From Hemiscyllium ocellatum (lineage: Eukaryota), in contig NC_083445.1 in NCBI RefSeq assembly GCF_020745735.1, positions 7,068,001 to 7,132,000 on the forward strand: DNA of 64,000 bases, in the 5' to 3' direction. Positions 27,001 through 39,849 of this stretch are shown here, piece by piece. Made by a program: the position numbers and the translations under genes. Position 1 is the stretch's first letter, and each line of letters opens with the position of its first letter. Under the pieces are notes generated by a model. It was given only the letters and a program-made list of their open reading frames with translations. It had not been told where the DNA came from and made no database searches.

Positions 27001-30000
27001 TCTCCCCCAACACACACCCCTCCCCCTCTTCCACACCCCCACACACACACCCCTCCCCCTCTCCCCCCCCACACACACACACTCCTCCCCCTCTCCCCCC
27101 ACACACACACCCCTCCCCCCTCCCCCCCCCCCCCACACACACACCTCTTCCCCCAACACACACCCCTCCCCCTCTTCCACCCCAAACACACACACCCCTC
27201 CCCCTCTAACCCCCCTACACACACACCCCTCCCCCTCCACACCCCTCCCCCTCTGCCCCCCCACACCCCTCCCCCTCTCCCCCCACACACACACACACCC
27301 CTCTTCCCCCCCCCACACCCCCTCCCCCCCCCCACACCCCTCCCCCCCCACACCCCTCCCCCTCTGCCCCCCCACACCCCTCCCCCTCACCCCCCACACA
27401 CACCCCTGCCCCTCTCCCCCCCACACACACACCCCTCCCCTCTACCCCCCACACACACACACCTCTCCCCCCACACACACACCCCTCCCCCCCCACACAC
27501 ACACCCCTCCCCCTCTCCCCCCCACTCACACCCCCCCACTCACACCCCTCCCCCTCTTCCCCCCCACACACACTCCTCCCCCTCTCCCTCCCACACACAC
27601 ACCCCTCCCCCTCTCCCCCCCACACACCCATCCCCCTCTCCCCCCACACACACACCCCTCCCCCCCACACACACCCCACCCCCCCACACACACCCTGCCC
27701 CTCTCCCCCCCACACACACCCCTCCCCTTCTCCCCCACACACACACCCCTCCCCCTCTCCCCCCCACACACACACACCCTACACACACCCCCCCACACAC
27801 ACACTACTCCCCCAACACACACCCCTCCCCCTCCCCCCCACACACAGACACACCTCCCCCTCTCCCCCCACACACACACACCTCCCCCTCTCCCCCCACA
27901 CACACACCTCCCCCTCCCCCCCCACACACACACCTCCCCCTCTCCCCCCCCCACACACACACACACCCCTCTTCCCCCCCTCCACACACACACCCCTCCC
28001 CCTCGCCACCCCCCCCACACACACACCTCCCCCTCTCCCCCCAACACACACCCCTCCCCCCCCACACACCCTCCCCCCCACAAACACTCCTCCCCCTCTC
28101 TCCCCCCCACACACACCCCTCTCCCCCCACACATACCCCTCCCCCCCACACACAACTCCGCCTCTTTTCCCCCCCCACCACCCAAACACAGACACACACA
28201 CACACACCCCTCCCCCTCTCTTCCCACCCCACACACACACCCCTCCCCCTCTCTCCCCCCCACACACCCACCCTCTCCCCCCCCCCACACACACCTCTCC
28301 CCTCCACACACCCCCTCCCCCTCTCCCCCCCCCACACACACACACCCCTCGCCCCCCCAAACACTCCCCTCCCCCTCACACACCCCCTCCCCCCACACAC
28401 ATCTGTCCCCCACCCCTCTCTCTCCCCCACCCACACATATCCCTGCCACACACCCTTCCCCCCAAACACCCCTCCCCCTCCCCCCCCCACACACCCCACA
28501 CCACTCACACACACCCCTTCTCCCCCCACACATCCCTCTTCCCCCCACACATCCCTCCTCCCTCCCCTGGACACATCCCCCCCCCTTCCCCCACACATCC
28601 CCCCCCCCTCCCCCCAACACATCCGCCCCCTTTCCCCCAACACATCCGCCCCCCCATCCCCCAACACATCCGCCCCCCCATCCCCCAACACATCCGCCCC
28701 CCCATCCCCCAACACATCCCCCATCCCCCAACACATCCCCCATCCCCCAACACATCCCCCATCCCCCAACACATCCCCCATCCCCCAACACATTCCCCCA
28801 TCCCCACAAACACACCATTCCCACTTCCCCCCCACACCCCTTCCACCCCTTCCCCCCACACCCCTTTCTCCCCCCCCACACCCCTTTCTCCCCCCCACAC
28901 CCCTTCCCCCCCCCCCCACACCCCCCTTCCCCCCCCCCACACCCCCCTTCCCCCCCACACCCCCCTCCCACCACACCTCCCTCCCCCCTCCCACCACACA
29001 TCCCTCCCCCCTCCCACCACACATCCCTCCTCCACCCCCACACCCTTCCCTCCCCCACACCACTCCCCCACCTGAGACACACCCCTCGCACCACAGACAC
29101 CTCCCTCCCTGCCACATACCCCTCCCTCCCCCCACATCCCTCCCCCTCTCCCCACACATCCCTCCCTCTCCCCCCACACATCCCCCTCTCCCCCCACACA
29201 TCCCCCTCTCCCCCCACACATCCCCCTCTCCCCCAGCACATCCTCCCTCCCCCACACACACCCCTCCCTCACTCCCTCCCCACACACACCCCTCCCTCCC
29301 CCACACAAACCCCTCCCTCCCCCACACACACCCCTCCCTCCCTCCCTCCCCCCCACACACCCCTCCCTCCCTCCCCCCCACACACCCCTCCCTCCCTCCC
29401 CCCCACACACCCCTCCCTCCTTCACCCCCACACAGCCCTCCCCCCCCACTCAGCCCTCTCCCCCAACACACACTCCCCCCCCCGCACACATACACACTCT
29501 TCCCCCCCCCCCCCGCACACACCCCGTTCCCCCCACGCACCCCCATTCCCCCCCACACACACACCCCGTTCCTCCCCCCCACACACACACACACACACAC
29601 ACCCCATTCCCCTCTCCCCCACACACACCCCACTCCCCCCACACACACACTCTGCTCCCCCCCACACATCCTGTTCCCCCCACACACAGCCCCTCTTCCC
29701 CCACACACACACCCAACCCATACACACACAGCCCCCTCCCCCCCCACACATACCCCATTCCCCCCCACACATCCTGTTCCCCCCACACACAGTCCCTCTT
29801 CCCCCACACACAGTCCCTCTTCCCCCACACCCACCCCTACACACACACACACCCCCCACACACACACACCACCTCCCCCACATACAGCCCCTTCCCCCAC
29901 ATACACACCCCACTTGCCCCACATACCCCAAGCACCTCCCCCACGCACCACCTTCCACATTTGCCCCCCACACTCTCCAGCAAACACTTTTACTCCATCA

Positions 30001-30770
30001 ACGTGCCTCCTCCCCACATACCTCTACAACACCCCTCCACACTAACTCCACACCCATACCGACACACTAACCCTCACACTCCTCCTGCAAACACACCCCC
30101 ACTCACCCCCCCCACACACCTCCCCAACGCCCCCCATAGTAACCCCACACGCACCCCTTCCTCCCAGCACACTCAGCCCCCACATTTCCCTTCCCCCCCA
30201 CCCCACACACTCCCCACATACACTTCTACCTCCTCCCCAACACTAACTCCACACCCACACAGCCCCATTCTCCCACACACACATTAACCCCCACACTTGC
30301 ACCATACTCCCCCTGTAAACACACGCTGCTGCTGGGCTGCCTCCATTGACACTCCCCCCACCCCCCACCACCACCGACACATTCACCTCCCCCTGATATG
30401 TTCCTCTCCCCACCACACATTTTCCTCTTTCCCCCCCTCCCCCATTTCAGACACACACCACATATCCTGTCCACACACAATCCCCCCATCCCCCCCAAAC
30501 ACAATGACCCATACATCCTCTCCTACTCACTCCCCGAGCAAATACCCCCACATATTCACTCACCCCTCCTCCCCACACATGCCCCTCCACCTACACACCC
30601 CCACCACATTGGTTCCCCCTTCCCCAAACGCACCTTCCCCCACACGTACTTCCCCATGCCCCCCCATTCCTTCCCTCCTCCACGCATTCCACTTCTTTCC
30701 CCACCCCCAATTTTCACTTCATCCATCCCCCATTGCACCTCATCTTTCCCACCCCTCCTTGCTATTTCCC
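24009..30770. repeat. ~6.7 kb C-rich low-complexity minisatellite, unit approx. (CA)nCCCCTCCCCCTCTCCCCCC, degenerating to the right
   Basis: Almost no G on the + strand; recurrent ~25-30 bp unit; sub-arrays such as CCCCAACACATCCGCCCCCCAT (~28610-28800). Confidence 0.97.
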
Positions 30771-31305
30771 TGAGGGCATCGGAGGCTGAGGGTGACCTTA
30801 TCGAGTTTTTTTCAAATCGTGAGGGTCATGGACCGGTTGAATAGCCAATATCTTTTTTTACCCAGGGTAGTGGAGTCCAAAACTACTGAACGTTGATTTG
30901 AGATGAGAGGTGAAAGATACAAAAGCAATCTAAGGGGCAGCTGTTACACTCAGGGTGGTGTTTGTGTGAATGCATTCCTGATGAAGGTCTTATGGCCATA
31001 ACGTTGGTTCTCCTGCTGCTCAGATGCTGCCTGACCTGCTGTGCTTTTCAAGCACCACACGTTTTGACTCTGATCTCCAGCATCTGCAGTCCTCACGATC
31101 TCCATAGTGCATGTGTGGACTGAGCTGCCAGAGGAAGTGATGGAGGCTGGTACAATTGCAACATTTAAAAGGCATCTAGATGGGTATATGAATAGGAAGG
31201 GTTTAGAGCGATATGGCAAATAGGACGAGATTAGTTTAGGATATCTTGTCTGCATGAATGAGTTGGACCAAAGGGTCTGTTTCTGTGCTGTACAGCTCTA
31301 CGACT
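30770..31305 (+). mobile_element. CR1 3' end interrupted by a Penelope-like fragment (~30975-31097)
   Basis: CR1 tail gagctgccagaggaagt...gggtctgtttctgtgctgtacagctct. Confidence 0.8.
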
Positions 31306-32017
31306 GACTCTGTGACCTCCGTCTCTCCATCTCTGTTCCTCTTCCTTCCTCTCCACTCACTTCCTGAGGGCACTGGGGGTCAGCCCAGAGCAGGTGAACT
31401 GCAGCAGTTCAGTAATGCAGCCCAGCAGCACATTCTGAAGGGGAGTTATGGACTGGCAGACACCCATATCTCATATACAAATAAAATTAATCTCTCCAAG
31501 TTAAAAATGCCCTGAGTTTCTTTCTGGGTCAGTTAGTCTTGAATGTTGAGCATCGTTGTAAGGTTACAAAGCTGGAGAAGAATGAGGCCATGGATTGATT
31601 GGAAAACCAGGGTGTGTATCAGTTTAAAAAGGCCAGGTTTTACATATATGGTCCACTCACTGCATTGAGTTTCACAAGATTTGTTTGTTTTGTTCATGGA
31701 ATCAGATGTTTTTTTTTGTTAGTGTTATTTTCTCTATAATAATAAATGTGCCTTCGTTTTCCACTGGTGAGATGTTATGTTTTAATATCTGATGTTTTTG
31801 CATTTTTCTCTAGGATAGCAAGACCGTATTAAATTCCTTCCTTAATCTCTAAACCAAATGTTCTTCGTATTTTGGTTTTGGACTCGAACTGGATTAAATA
31901 CTATTGTTTTGATAAAACCATTTCATGTTGATTTGGTGCATGCCCACCTTTTTAGGAAAAATCGCGTCTTTGTTTTAAAGAAAAAAACTTTGGCCACTTT
32001 ATGGGGAATAAAGCACT

Positions 32018-32240
32018 ATGGCCTCAGCTTCAGGTAGTAGCGATGATGACTTAACCATTCCAAGAGCTGCCATCAACAAGATTATCAAACAGATTCTACC
32101 AAATGTCAGGGTAGCAAATGATGCCAGAGAAATGGTGGTGAATTGCTGCACTGAATTTATCCACCTAGTATCCTCTGAAGCTAATGAAATCTGCAATAGA
32201 TCGGATAAGAAAACCATCTCACCAGAACATATCATGCAAG
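32018..32240 (+). CDS. DR1: DR1-like coding exon 1
   Basis: actATGG start, CAAG|gtatgt donor, histone fold. Confidence 0.95.
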
Positions 32241-35200
32241 GTATGTGTTAATCTATAGAAATACACTTTGGAATTGCAGCAATGTTTTCTCCCTGCCTTC
32301 AGCTCACAACTGAAGTTTGTGTATGATTATTCATGCCATCACCCATGTGACCATTCTTCAGCTCAATGTCAGTAACAGCTTCAGAGACAGAAATCATGCA
32401 AGTTAACAGGGAATGCTGTACTTTTGAAGATGTCACACATCAAAGTAAACATTAAGGTTAAGGTCCGTGTACCCCTGTTGCGTGGGTGTGAAAGTTTCCA
32501 TTCATTGAACAGACCTCCCTGGTCAGTATTTATCCTTTAACCAGTGCCTGATGGATGACAGCTGATCTGATTCTTTCCAGTTTGTGGGAGCTTGCTGCCC
32601 AGTGTGTTACTATATTTCCTATGTTGCAGCAGTGACCACATCTCAAAAGTTTTTTTTTTAAATTCATTCATGGGATGAGGGTGTCAAAGGCTGGGTAACA
32701 TTTATTTCCCATTCCTCATTGCCCAGGATTCAAATTTCACCATCTTCCATGGTGGGATGTGAACCCGGGTCCCGCGAACATTACTCTAGATTAACAGTCC
32801 AGTGATAAGTCCAAACAGTGTCAGCAGCTGTTAGGTTGTTAGGTTCCCCAGAACTCAATCACTGGATATTCAGTCTAACAACAATACCACTAAAGTCATT
32901 GCTGTCCCTGTGGCATTAAGTTTATCAACTTGGCATACTTCAATAGTCTTCTACACCTTATTGTGCAGCTGGACACAGAGGGGGAAATAATTCTGGTTAT
33001 AGTCTGCACTTCATGTCCTCTCAACCTAACAGCTGCTGACACTGTTTGGACTTATCACTGGACTGTTAATCTAGAGTAATGTTCGGGGGACTCGGGTTCA
33101 AATCTGACCACAACTTTGAATTCCGTAACAGTTAAATCCTAAAACCATATGGTTCACTAATGTCCTTCAGAGAAGGAAACTACCACTCAACGGCAGCAAT
33201 GTAATTGACTCTGAAATGGACAAGAAAGCCATTGACTAGAATTCAACCAGTCTCAAAAAATAAATGAAACTGGACAGACACAGGCCATCTGGAATCCCCT
33301 AAGGCTCAGAAATGATCACAATAAAGCCTGGTGTCCCTGTAAAGTCCTCCTTTCTCACATCTGGGCTTAGTACTAAAATTGGGAGAGTAATCTCTCAGGT
33401 TGGTCAAGCAGCAGCCTGACATCATACTCTCGGAATCATCCCTTACAAAGTCCCTGACAACACTGTTGACATCCATTCCTTTCCCAGGGGCAGGACAGAC
33501 CCAGGAAGGCTGATGGCTGTGGTGCACAGTCTACAGGGAGTTGCCCTTGGAGTCCTCCAAACCTGACTCCAAATCCCATGAATTCTCATCGAACCAGGTG
33601 GGGAAGGTAGTGCAATTGGGCTCAGGCATAGGAATGATCACAATAAAGCCCTGATGTCCCTGTAAAGTTATTCTTACAAACCTCCGGGTGCTCCGGTTTC
33701 CTCCCACAGTCCAAAGATGTGCGGGTCAGGTGAATTGGCCATGCTAAATTGCCTGTAGTGTTAGGTAAGGGGTAAATGTAGGGGTATGGGTGGGTTGCGC
33801 TTCGGCGGGTCGGTGTGGACTTGTTGGGCCAAAGGGCCTGTTTCCACACTGTAAGTAATCTAATCTAATTTGGGGTGAATACTAACCTCGGATGATTATG
33901 GATAGTATGTACATTCTCCCCGTGTCTGAGTGGTCTCCTTCCCTAGACTAAGGAGCTAGAAAGATCAGCTTGTGTTCTCGATTCAAGTTGTAATTTGGTG
34001 ACTCCGTTGACAGTGTGGAAATCGAACGAGGATAGGATCTAATCTGGCTGTACTGCCCTCAAAATGTTTTGTTGGCACTGTCATAAGTTCGCATAATGGT
34101 CACTTGGGTAAGATACTGAAGATAGCTTATACACTTGGAATGACCACAGCTGAAGTGTTTTGGAAAGGCAAAATGCCAGAAGAAAGTGAATGAAATGAAT
34201 TTGAAATGAAACTGAACACAGCTGGTTCTCTACATGAATATGAATAGATTTTGATATCCAACTGTTGAGTTTAAATCAATACCCAACAAAAGTGTAGAAT
34301 TAAATCATAAACCCGTCTGTGAATACAAAGATTTTGATATCGGATTTGTCAGGTCTAAATTAATATGCAGCAGAGATCTTTTGCAGAGCCAGGGGAATGT
34401 CACAACATGCTTTGTGTTACCTTGTGCAACAGCCTTGCAAAGTCTAGGCTTTGGATCGTACATAGCGGAAGTAAAGGAAGTTCTGCGGGAATGCAAGAAA
34501 GTTGCCTTAGAAAGGAGAAAGGCGAACGCTCGCTTAGAGAACCTTGGCATACCAGAGGAGGAACTGCTACGCCAACAACAAGAGTTGTTTGCAAAAGTAA
34601 GGAAACCTGCTCAATATTTTTGACATGTATCACTACGTTTCAAGTAAGTTGCCCCCAACTTTACAAAATTGGAGCTTATAACCAACTATACCACACTCAG
34701 CCCCACTTGCGTTCACCTTCTAGGCAGACTGTAAAATCTGAGTTTGACTGTTAATCAATTGTTCTTTATTTCACCTGCCTCATAACCAAAATTGATACGA
34801 GAGGCATTATACAGAATTCATCTAGACTTCTTGCCTTGATTATCACTGAAGGCAAAGCCCATCATTAAGAGACTTTTGAGGAAATATGATGACTTGAAAT
34901 GCCTCATGTTCTGGAGAGGCTGTGTGTGTGTTTGTGTGTGTGTGTGTGTATCTGTGTGTGTGTCTCTCAACTCTACCATGACTGTTGTCTCATTTTTTTT
35001 CAACTACTGGGGCAACTGAATGGGTTGTCCTGGCTGGATTCATTTTGACCTGGTGAAAGAGAAGTATTTAATACAATTACACATCACAGGAAGCCATATT
35101 TAGCTCATCATGCCTGGGCTGGCTCATTGAAATAATTTAGTCCTACTCTCCTGCTCTTATCGCACAGCCCCACAAGTTTCTGTTTTTGAGTGTTTATCTT

Positions 35201-38200
35201 ATTCCCTTTGAAAGTTACCAAAGAATCTGCTTCCAGTACCCATTTCAGTCTCTGAATTCCAAATCAAAACTCAGTGCCTTTTAAGAAAATATTTTCCATC
35301 ACCTCTGCTTCTTTGTTTATTAATTTAACTCTGTGTTTTCTCGTTGGTGACCTCCCTCCGAGAGCCAACAGTTTCTCGGGAATTACTCAAATTACCGTGG
35401 GCGGCACGGTGGCACAGTGGTTAGCACTGCTGCCTCACAGCGCCAGAGACCCGGGTTCAGTTCCCGCCTCAGGCGACTGACTGTGTGGAGTTTGCACGTT
35501 CTCCCCGTGTCTGCGTGGGTTTCCTCCGGGTGCTCCGGTTTCCTCCCACAGTCCAAAGATGTGCAGGTCAGGTGAATTGGCCATGCTAAATTGTCCGTAG
35601 TGTTAGGTAAGGGGTAAATGTAGGGGTATGGGTGGGTTACGCTTCGGCGGTCGGTGTGGACTTGTTGGGCCGAAGGGCCTGTTTCCACACTGTAAAGTAA
35701 TTTAATGTAATCTAAAAAAACCCTTCCTATAAAGTTGAGCATTAGAACTTTGCGATTCTTCTCTGATTCCTGAAGAACAATGCCAGTTCCCAATCCTTCA
35801 AAACATTCAAAGTCCCTCCTCATTTTGTTTGAGCTCCTCTACACAAGTGTCAGGGATTTTGTTGTGAAGAAAGTTACTCAACAAGAATCTGCATTTATAT
35901 AGCTACGTTAGCTAATATAATATATTGAAGCATTTTAGCGGAGTGAAATTTGACATCAAGCCTCATAAGGATAAAGTGACCAAAAACTTAGCCAAGAAAC
36001 ATCTTAAAGGAGTTGAATAGAGAGATATTTGTTTAGATATGAAGTGCAAATCCCTAAAGCCGAGCAATAGCCTCATTTGTTGAGTTTAAGGTGATTAGAT
36101 CACCACTCAATCTGTAGCAGGAACACTCCTCAGTAATGCATTGTATTGTTTGTGTCTCTCCACATGTGGTTAAGGTGATTGTACTGAGGCCCCAATGGTA
36201 GACTTAGCTTTCTTACCCTCAACTGGTTTAGTATGAGCCACTCTTGCCATCATAACCTGCCACTGACAGATTGGATTTGTCACAAGCAACGTCGTATTGA
36301 CCTCTGGTGTTTCCCATTTCTCGATGCTAAGGATATTTGCTGTTAGATCTTGCTCAGGAAGGTAGCTTCAAATTGGGCGCTGAGATGGAAGTTGCTGGAT
36401 TGAACAGGCCATCATGGAGTGGATAAATGAGGTGCTGGAGGGGTGATTGCAACCAGTATGTGAGTTTGTCAGTCAACATGTGATTTTCAGTATTTGGGAC
36501 TGGGGCAGCTGAAGGCCACCAGTTGTGCAATGAAGTTGGATGTAGAGGAGACCAGAATTGGAGGAGCACAAAGTTATTGGAGGGTTGTGAGACTGGAGGC
36601 ATTTCAGAATTGGAATGGAGTGAAACATTTCAAATGACGGCTTACTCACCTGCTTTCTGTTTTGTAAGGCAATGGTTTGCGTTGTGGTGGTTAACTGTAT
36701 TAAGCATTGCCTCGTGTGGACCAGCAGGCTCTGCCAGCTTTCTCTTGATGCAGAGAACGACAGTGAACTGAATGGTGCAAGATTTTCAGGTCAACATAGA
36801 TGAGCAAGGCAAGGGGTGATAGGTGAATAGTCAAGTTGGAATATAGGCAGTAGGGCTTTGACTTGGTGAAGCCAAACAATTTCATACAATTATGGGTACA
36901 AGATATTCAGTGCGACGATAAGACATTGGAGCAGAAATTGGGCCATTCAGCCCATCACGTCTGCTCCGCCATTCAACCATGGCTGACACGTTCCTCAATT
37001 CCATTCTCCTGCTTTTCCCCCCTAACCCTTGATCCCCTTGACAATCAAGAACCTATCTATCACCTCTGGATTAGTCCAGTTTAACAGCAATGACGTAGAT
37101 GAATTAAAGCAGGGGATGCATTTGGTCAAGATATTGGAAGTGAAAGAAATTAATGAATTTGCCGTCAGAAGTCTATCTTGGAGTCAGATAGGGCCAAGTT
37201 GTAAATGGTCTGGTTCAGTCACAGTGACAGGGAGCAGGTGAGAGTCTGTGTGTACGGAACAAGAGTCGGAACTTGAATCAAAGTTCATTCCTTTGGTCTC
37301 TAGTATTTAGCTGGAGGATAGTTCTACCCATCCAGGACTGAATGTCAGATAATCATGTAAAAATTAAGCAAAGATTATTTCTTCTCAAGACGTGAAATAC
37401 AAAATTATCAAACTTTAAACACTGCAGCAAGCTCTGAAATGCATCCAAACAGTGGTATTCTATATTCTGATTATCACCATTATCTGTCTACAGTTTCCTT
37501 TTAACTCTATTTTTTGCTGAGCAGCCAGACTCTCTGGAGTCCACAAGCCGCTATCAATGCGGCAAACTGTTTCTTGCTTCCATATTATTTAGATGACCAC
37601 ATATCCAAAGGGTAAGGCAACAGCGTGTTTTGAACCACAATAGTAGTGTCAGCTGTGACCCATGGTGCTGGAAATCAGGTCAAACACTTGTCTAAATGAT
37701 TTGGCAGCTTTTAAAAAAAGAAGTTGCAAAGCAAATTTAATTAACTCGTTTCCTTACCCATCTTAGATTGATATGCTACACACCATTTCCCAGGTAAGGT
37801 TCCTGTGTGCAGTGCAGCACATTGTCATTAGTTGTTGGGAGGTAGGTGTGAGGGTTGACGACTCACTGCATTTTCCAGCCTTGCTTCCTCCAACTCCACA
37901 CCTTCCAGCTGGTTTGGTCAAGCCATGTTGAGCAACTTACAGTACAACGTTTTCCACTCCTAGCTGTTGACTTCTTCCTCGGTTGACTGTCAGTTCCTTG
38001 AACTGTCAACTGATCCACCGGTTGGAAGACTCTTTCGACTGCAGACAACGTCCAAACATTACAGAAAGGCTGGATGCTGAGTGAGCGAGGAGGAGAAATC
38101 GGAAAAATGATTGGGGCCACGGGGAGCCAATGGCTTGATCAAAACAAATGGAGGGTACGAAAACAAAATAAAACTATCAGGCAGGTAAATTTTGGAAGCA

Positions 38201-39849
38201 ACTCCCAGATTATGGGGTTTAAAAAGAACATGCTGTGCAGGTGTAGGCCATTTGGCACAGCTGGTCCATATTGGTGTTCATGTTGTATGTGAGTGCCCTC
38301 CCATCCTTAACTCCTCTCGGTCATTCTGTCAGCATTTTCTTCCTTCTGCAGGTACCTGTCTAGCTTCCCTTCAAAAGTGTTTAATCCAGAATTTAGAACA
38401 GGCAAGAAGTGGATGGTGGGGGGCTGTCATGATTAGAGTGGTGCTGGAAATGCACCGTAGGTCAGGCAGCATCCAAGGAGCATGAAAATCCTGATGAAGG
38501 GCTTTTGCCCGAAAAGTTGATTTTTCCTGCTCCTCGAATGCTGTCTTACCTGCTGTGCATTTCCAGCACCACTCTAATCGCCAGCATCTGCAGTACCCAC
38601 CTCTGCCAAGAAGTGGATGGTGTCAGAGTAGCAGAGAGTTTAACAAAGATTTAAAGTTGAGGAAGATGGATGTGGTAGGCTTGAGTGAAATCATGAAGGG
38701 AGTTGTTTGGGATTTTGTAATTAGTTTCTTGGGGTCAAGAAAATCATGGAATCATTTCAAAGGGAAGAACTAAGCTTGAGTCATGGCATTTTGACGGAAT
38801 ATTACTTTTAAAAACTAGCAAGAAGAGTATTTTGATGGTAATGCTGAAGGTAATAGTAGCACAAAGTAGACAGTGATTGCCAGAACATAGTTAACACTTC
38901 CCAGGAGGACATTAGCAGTGATGAGGAGCTGCTGGGTAAACATGCTGAGAGAATCAGTTGTGCTAGAATTGGAAAGCATGCTACAGACCAAGGTTTCAAC
39001 TTGAGACATTACTGATATGTTCGCTCACTCTCCCCCCAATGTTGAAGTTACTCACTGTAACCAAAATAAGGAGCTCCGAAATCAATCTGTCCCTCTCCCT
39101 GTCATAGATTTGTACCTGTTGAGCAGGTTGAGCTTCTCTGGTATTCAGAATTGTGAAAGTGAGCTGTCACTGTTACGAGAGAATTTCAGTCTGCGTGCTC
39201 ATCCAGCATTTGCAGATGTCTATCCGCGACTGGGATTTGATATCCTCACCTGTGACTGAGGCAAGAGAGAGTGCTTCACACTGACCCATGGCTGAAAACT
39301 TGAAGGTACGGCACTAGTGAAATTTCATCTCAACACAAGATAATTGAATGAGGACAGGGGCAAGGAATTGAGAGGAATACTCAGATTTCGAGTTGACCCT
39401 AAGGTGATGATGGAGGCTGCTTTGTAACTTCTATCTGGAAAGTATTGCCTCCTTGTAGACCTCATACTCTGTGTAATAAGTCACATAAGTCCCTAAAGTA
39501 CATATCGCAACCAAACTGGATGCATGCTAGAGTGGCAATTTCAATAGGTTTCTCATCAATATTATTTGTGTCAAGGAGGGTGGAGTTAGATATAGAGCGA
39601 GATCTCTCCCACTGTTTTCCCCACTCCACCCCCACCCAAACAAGATTCCCGTCCCACCCACCAGGGAGATTTACTTTGAACCCCAGCCTGACTTTCTCCA
39701 TTTGCCCTCAGGCTCGCCAGCAGCAGGCAGAACTGGCACAGCAAGAATGGTTACAGATGCAACAAGCTGCCCAGCAGGCACAGCTCGCAGCAGCATCCGC
39801 CAACAAGGCTGGCTCCTCTCAGGACGAGGAAGAGGAGGAGGACCCCTAG
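32018..39849 (+). CDS. DR1: DR1 / NC2-beta family histone-fold TBP repressor, 174 aa; join(32018..32240,34433..34596,39712..39849)
   Basis: 223+164+138 nt, GT-AG introns, no internal stops. DDDLTIPRAAINK...NCCTEFIHL...|ALQSLGF...RLENLGIPEEELLRQQQELFAK|ARQQQAELAQQEWLQMQQAAQQAQLAAAS...QDEEEEEDP*. Family is certain; may be a paralog rather than the orthologue. Confidence 0.95.
33681..33868 (+). mobile_element. 5'-truncated V-SINE
   Basis: Matches the 3' half of the 35399 copy. Confidence 0.85.
34433..34596 (+). CDS. DR1: DR1-like coding exon 2
   Basis: caacag acceptor, AAA|gtaagg donor, 164 nt. Confidence 0.95.
34921..34963. repeat. (TG)n microsatellite
   Basis: Interrupted TG run. Confidence 0.9.
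35399..35712 (+). mobile_element. Full-length V-SINE (HE1-like) in DR1-like intron 2
   Basis: gggcggcacggtggcacagtggttagcactgc head, V-domain, tail. Confidence 0.9.
38419..38606. mobile_element. Palindromic Penelope-like element, family A variant, 16-bp TSD
   Basis: caagaagtggatggtg at 38403-38418 and 38607-38622. Confidence 0.78.
39712..39849 (+). CDS. DR1: DR1-like coding exon 3 (Q/A-rich repression domain, acidic tail)
   Basis: ctcag acceptor, TAG at 39847-39849. Confidence 0.95.
   Translation, partial: ARQQQAELAQQEWLQMQQAAQQAQLAAASANKAGSSQDEEEEEDP

Noticed and set aside
23744-30070. 2108-aa and 1088-aa Pro/His/Thr 'extensin-like' ORFs and many antisense Gly/Val/Cys ORFs
   Set aside because: The C-rich satellite has almost no stop triplets in any frame, so several overlapping frames on both strands are open; there is no sign of coding constraint.
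24009-30770. CRISPR-like array or telomeric repeat
   Set aside because: Eukaryotic context, no unique spacers and no TTAGGG/CCCTAA array.
32018-39849. DR1 copy as a processed pseudogene
   Set aside because: It has two canonical introns, an intact ORF and a polyadenylation signal.
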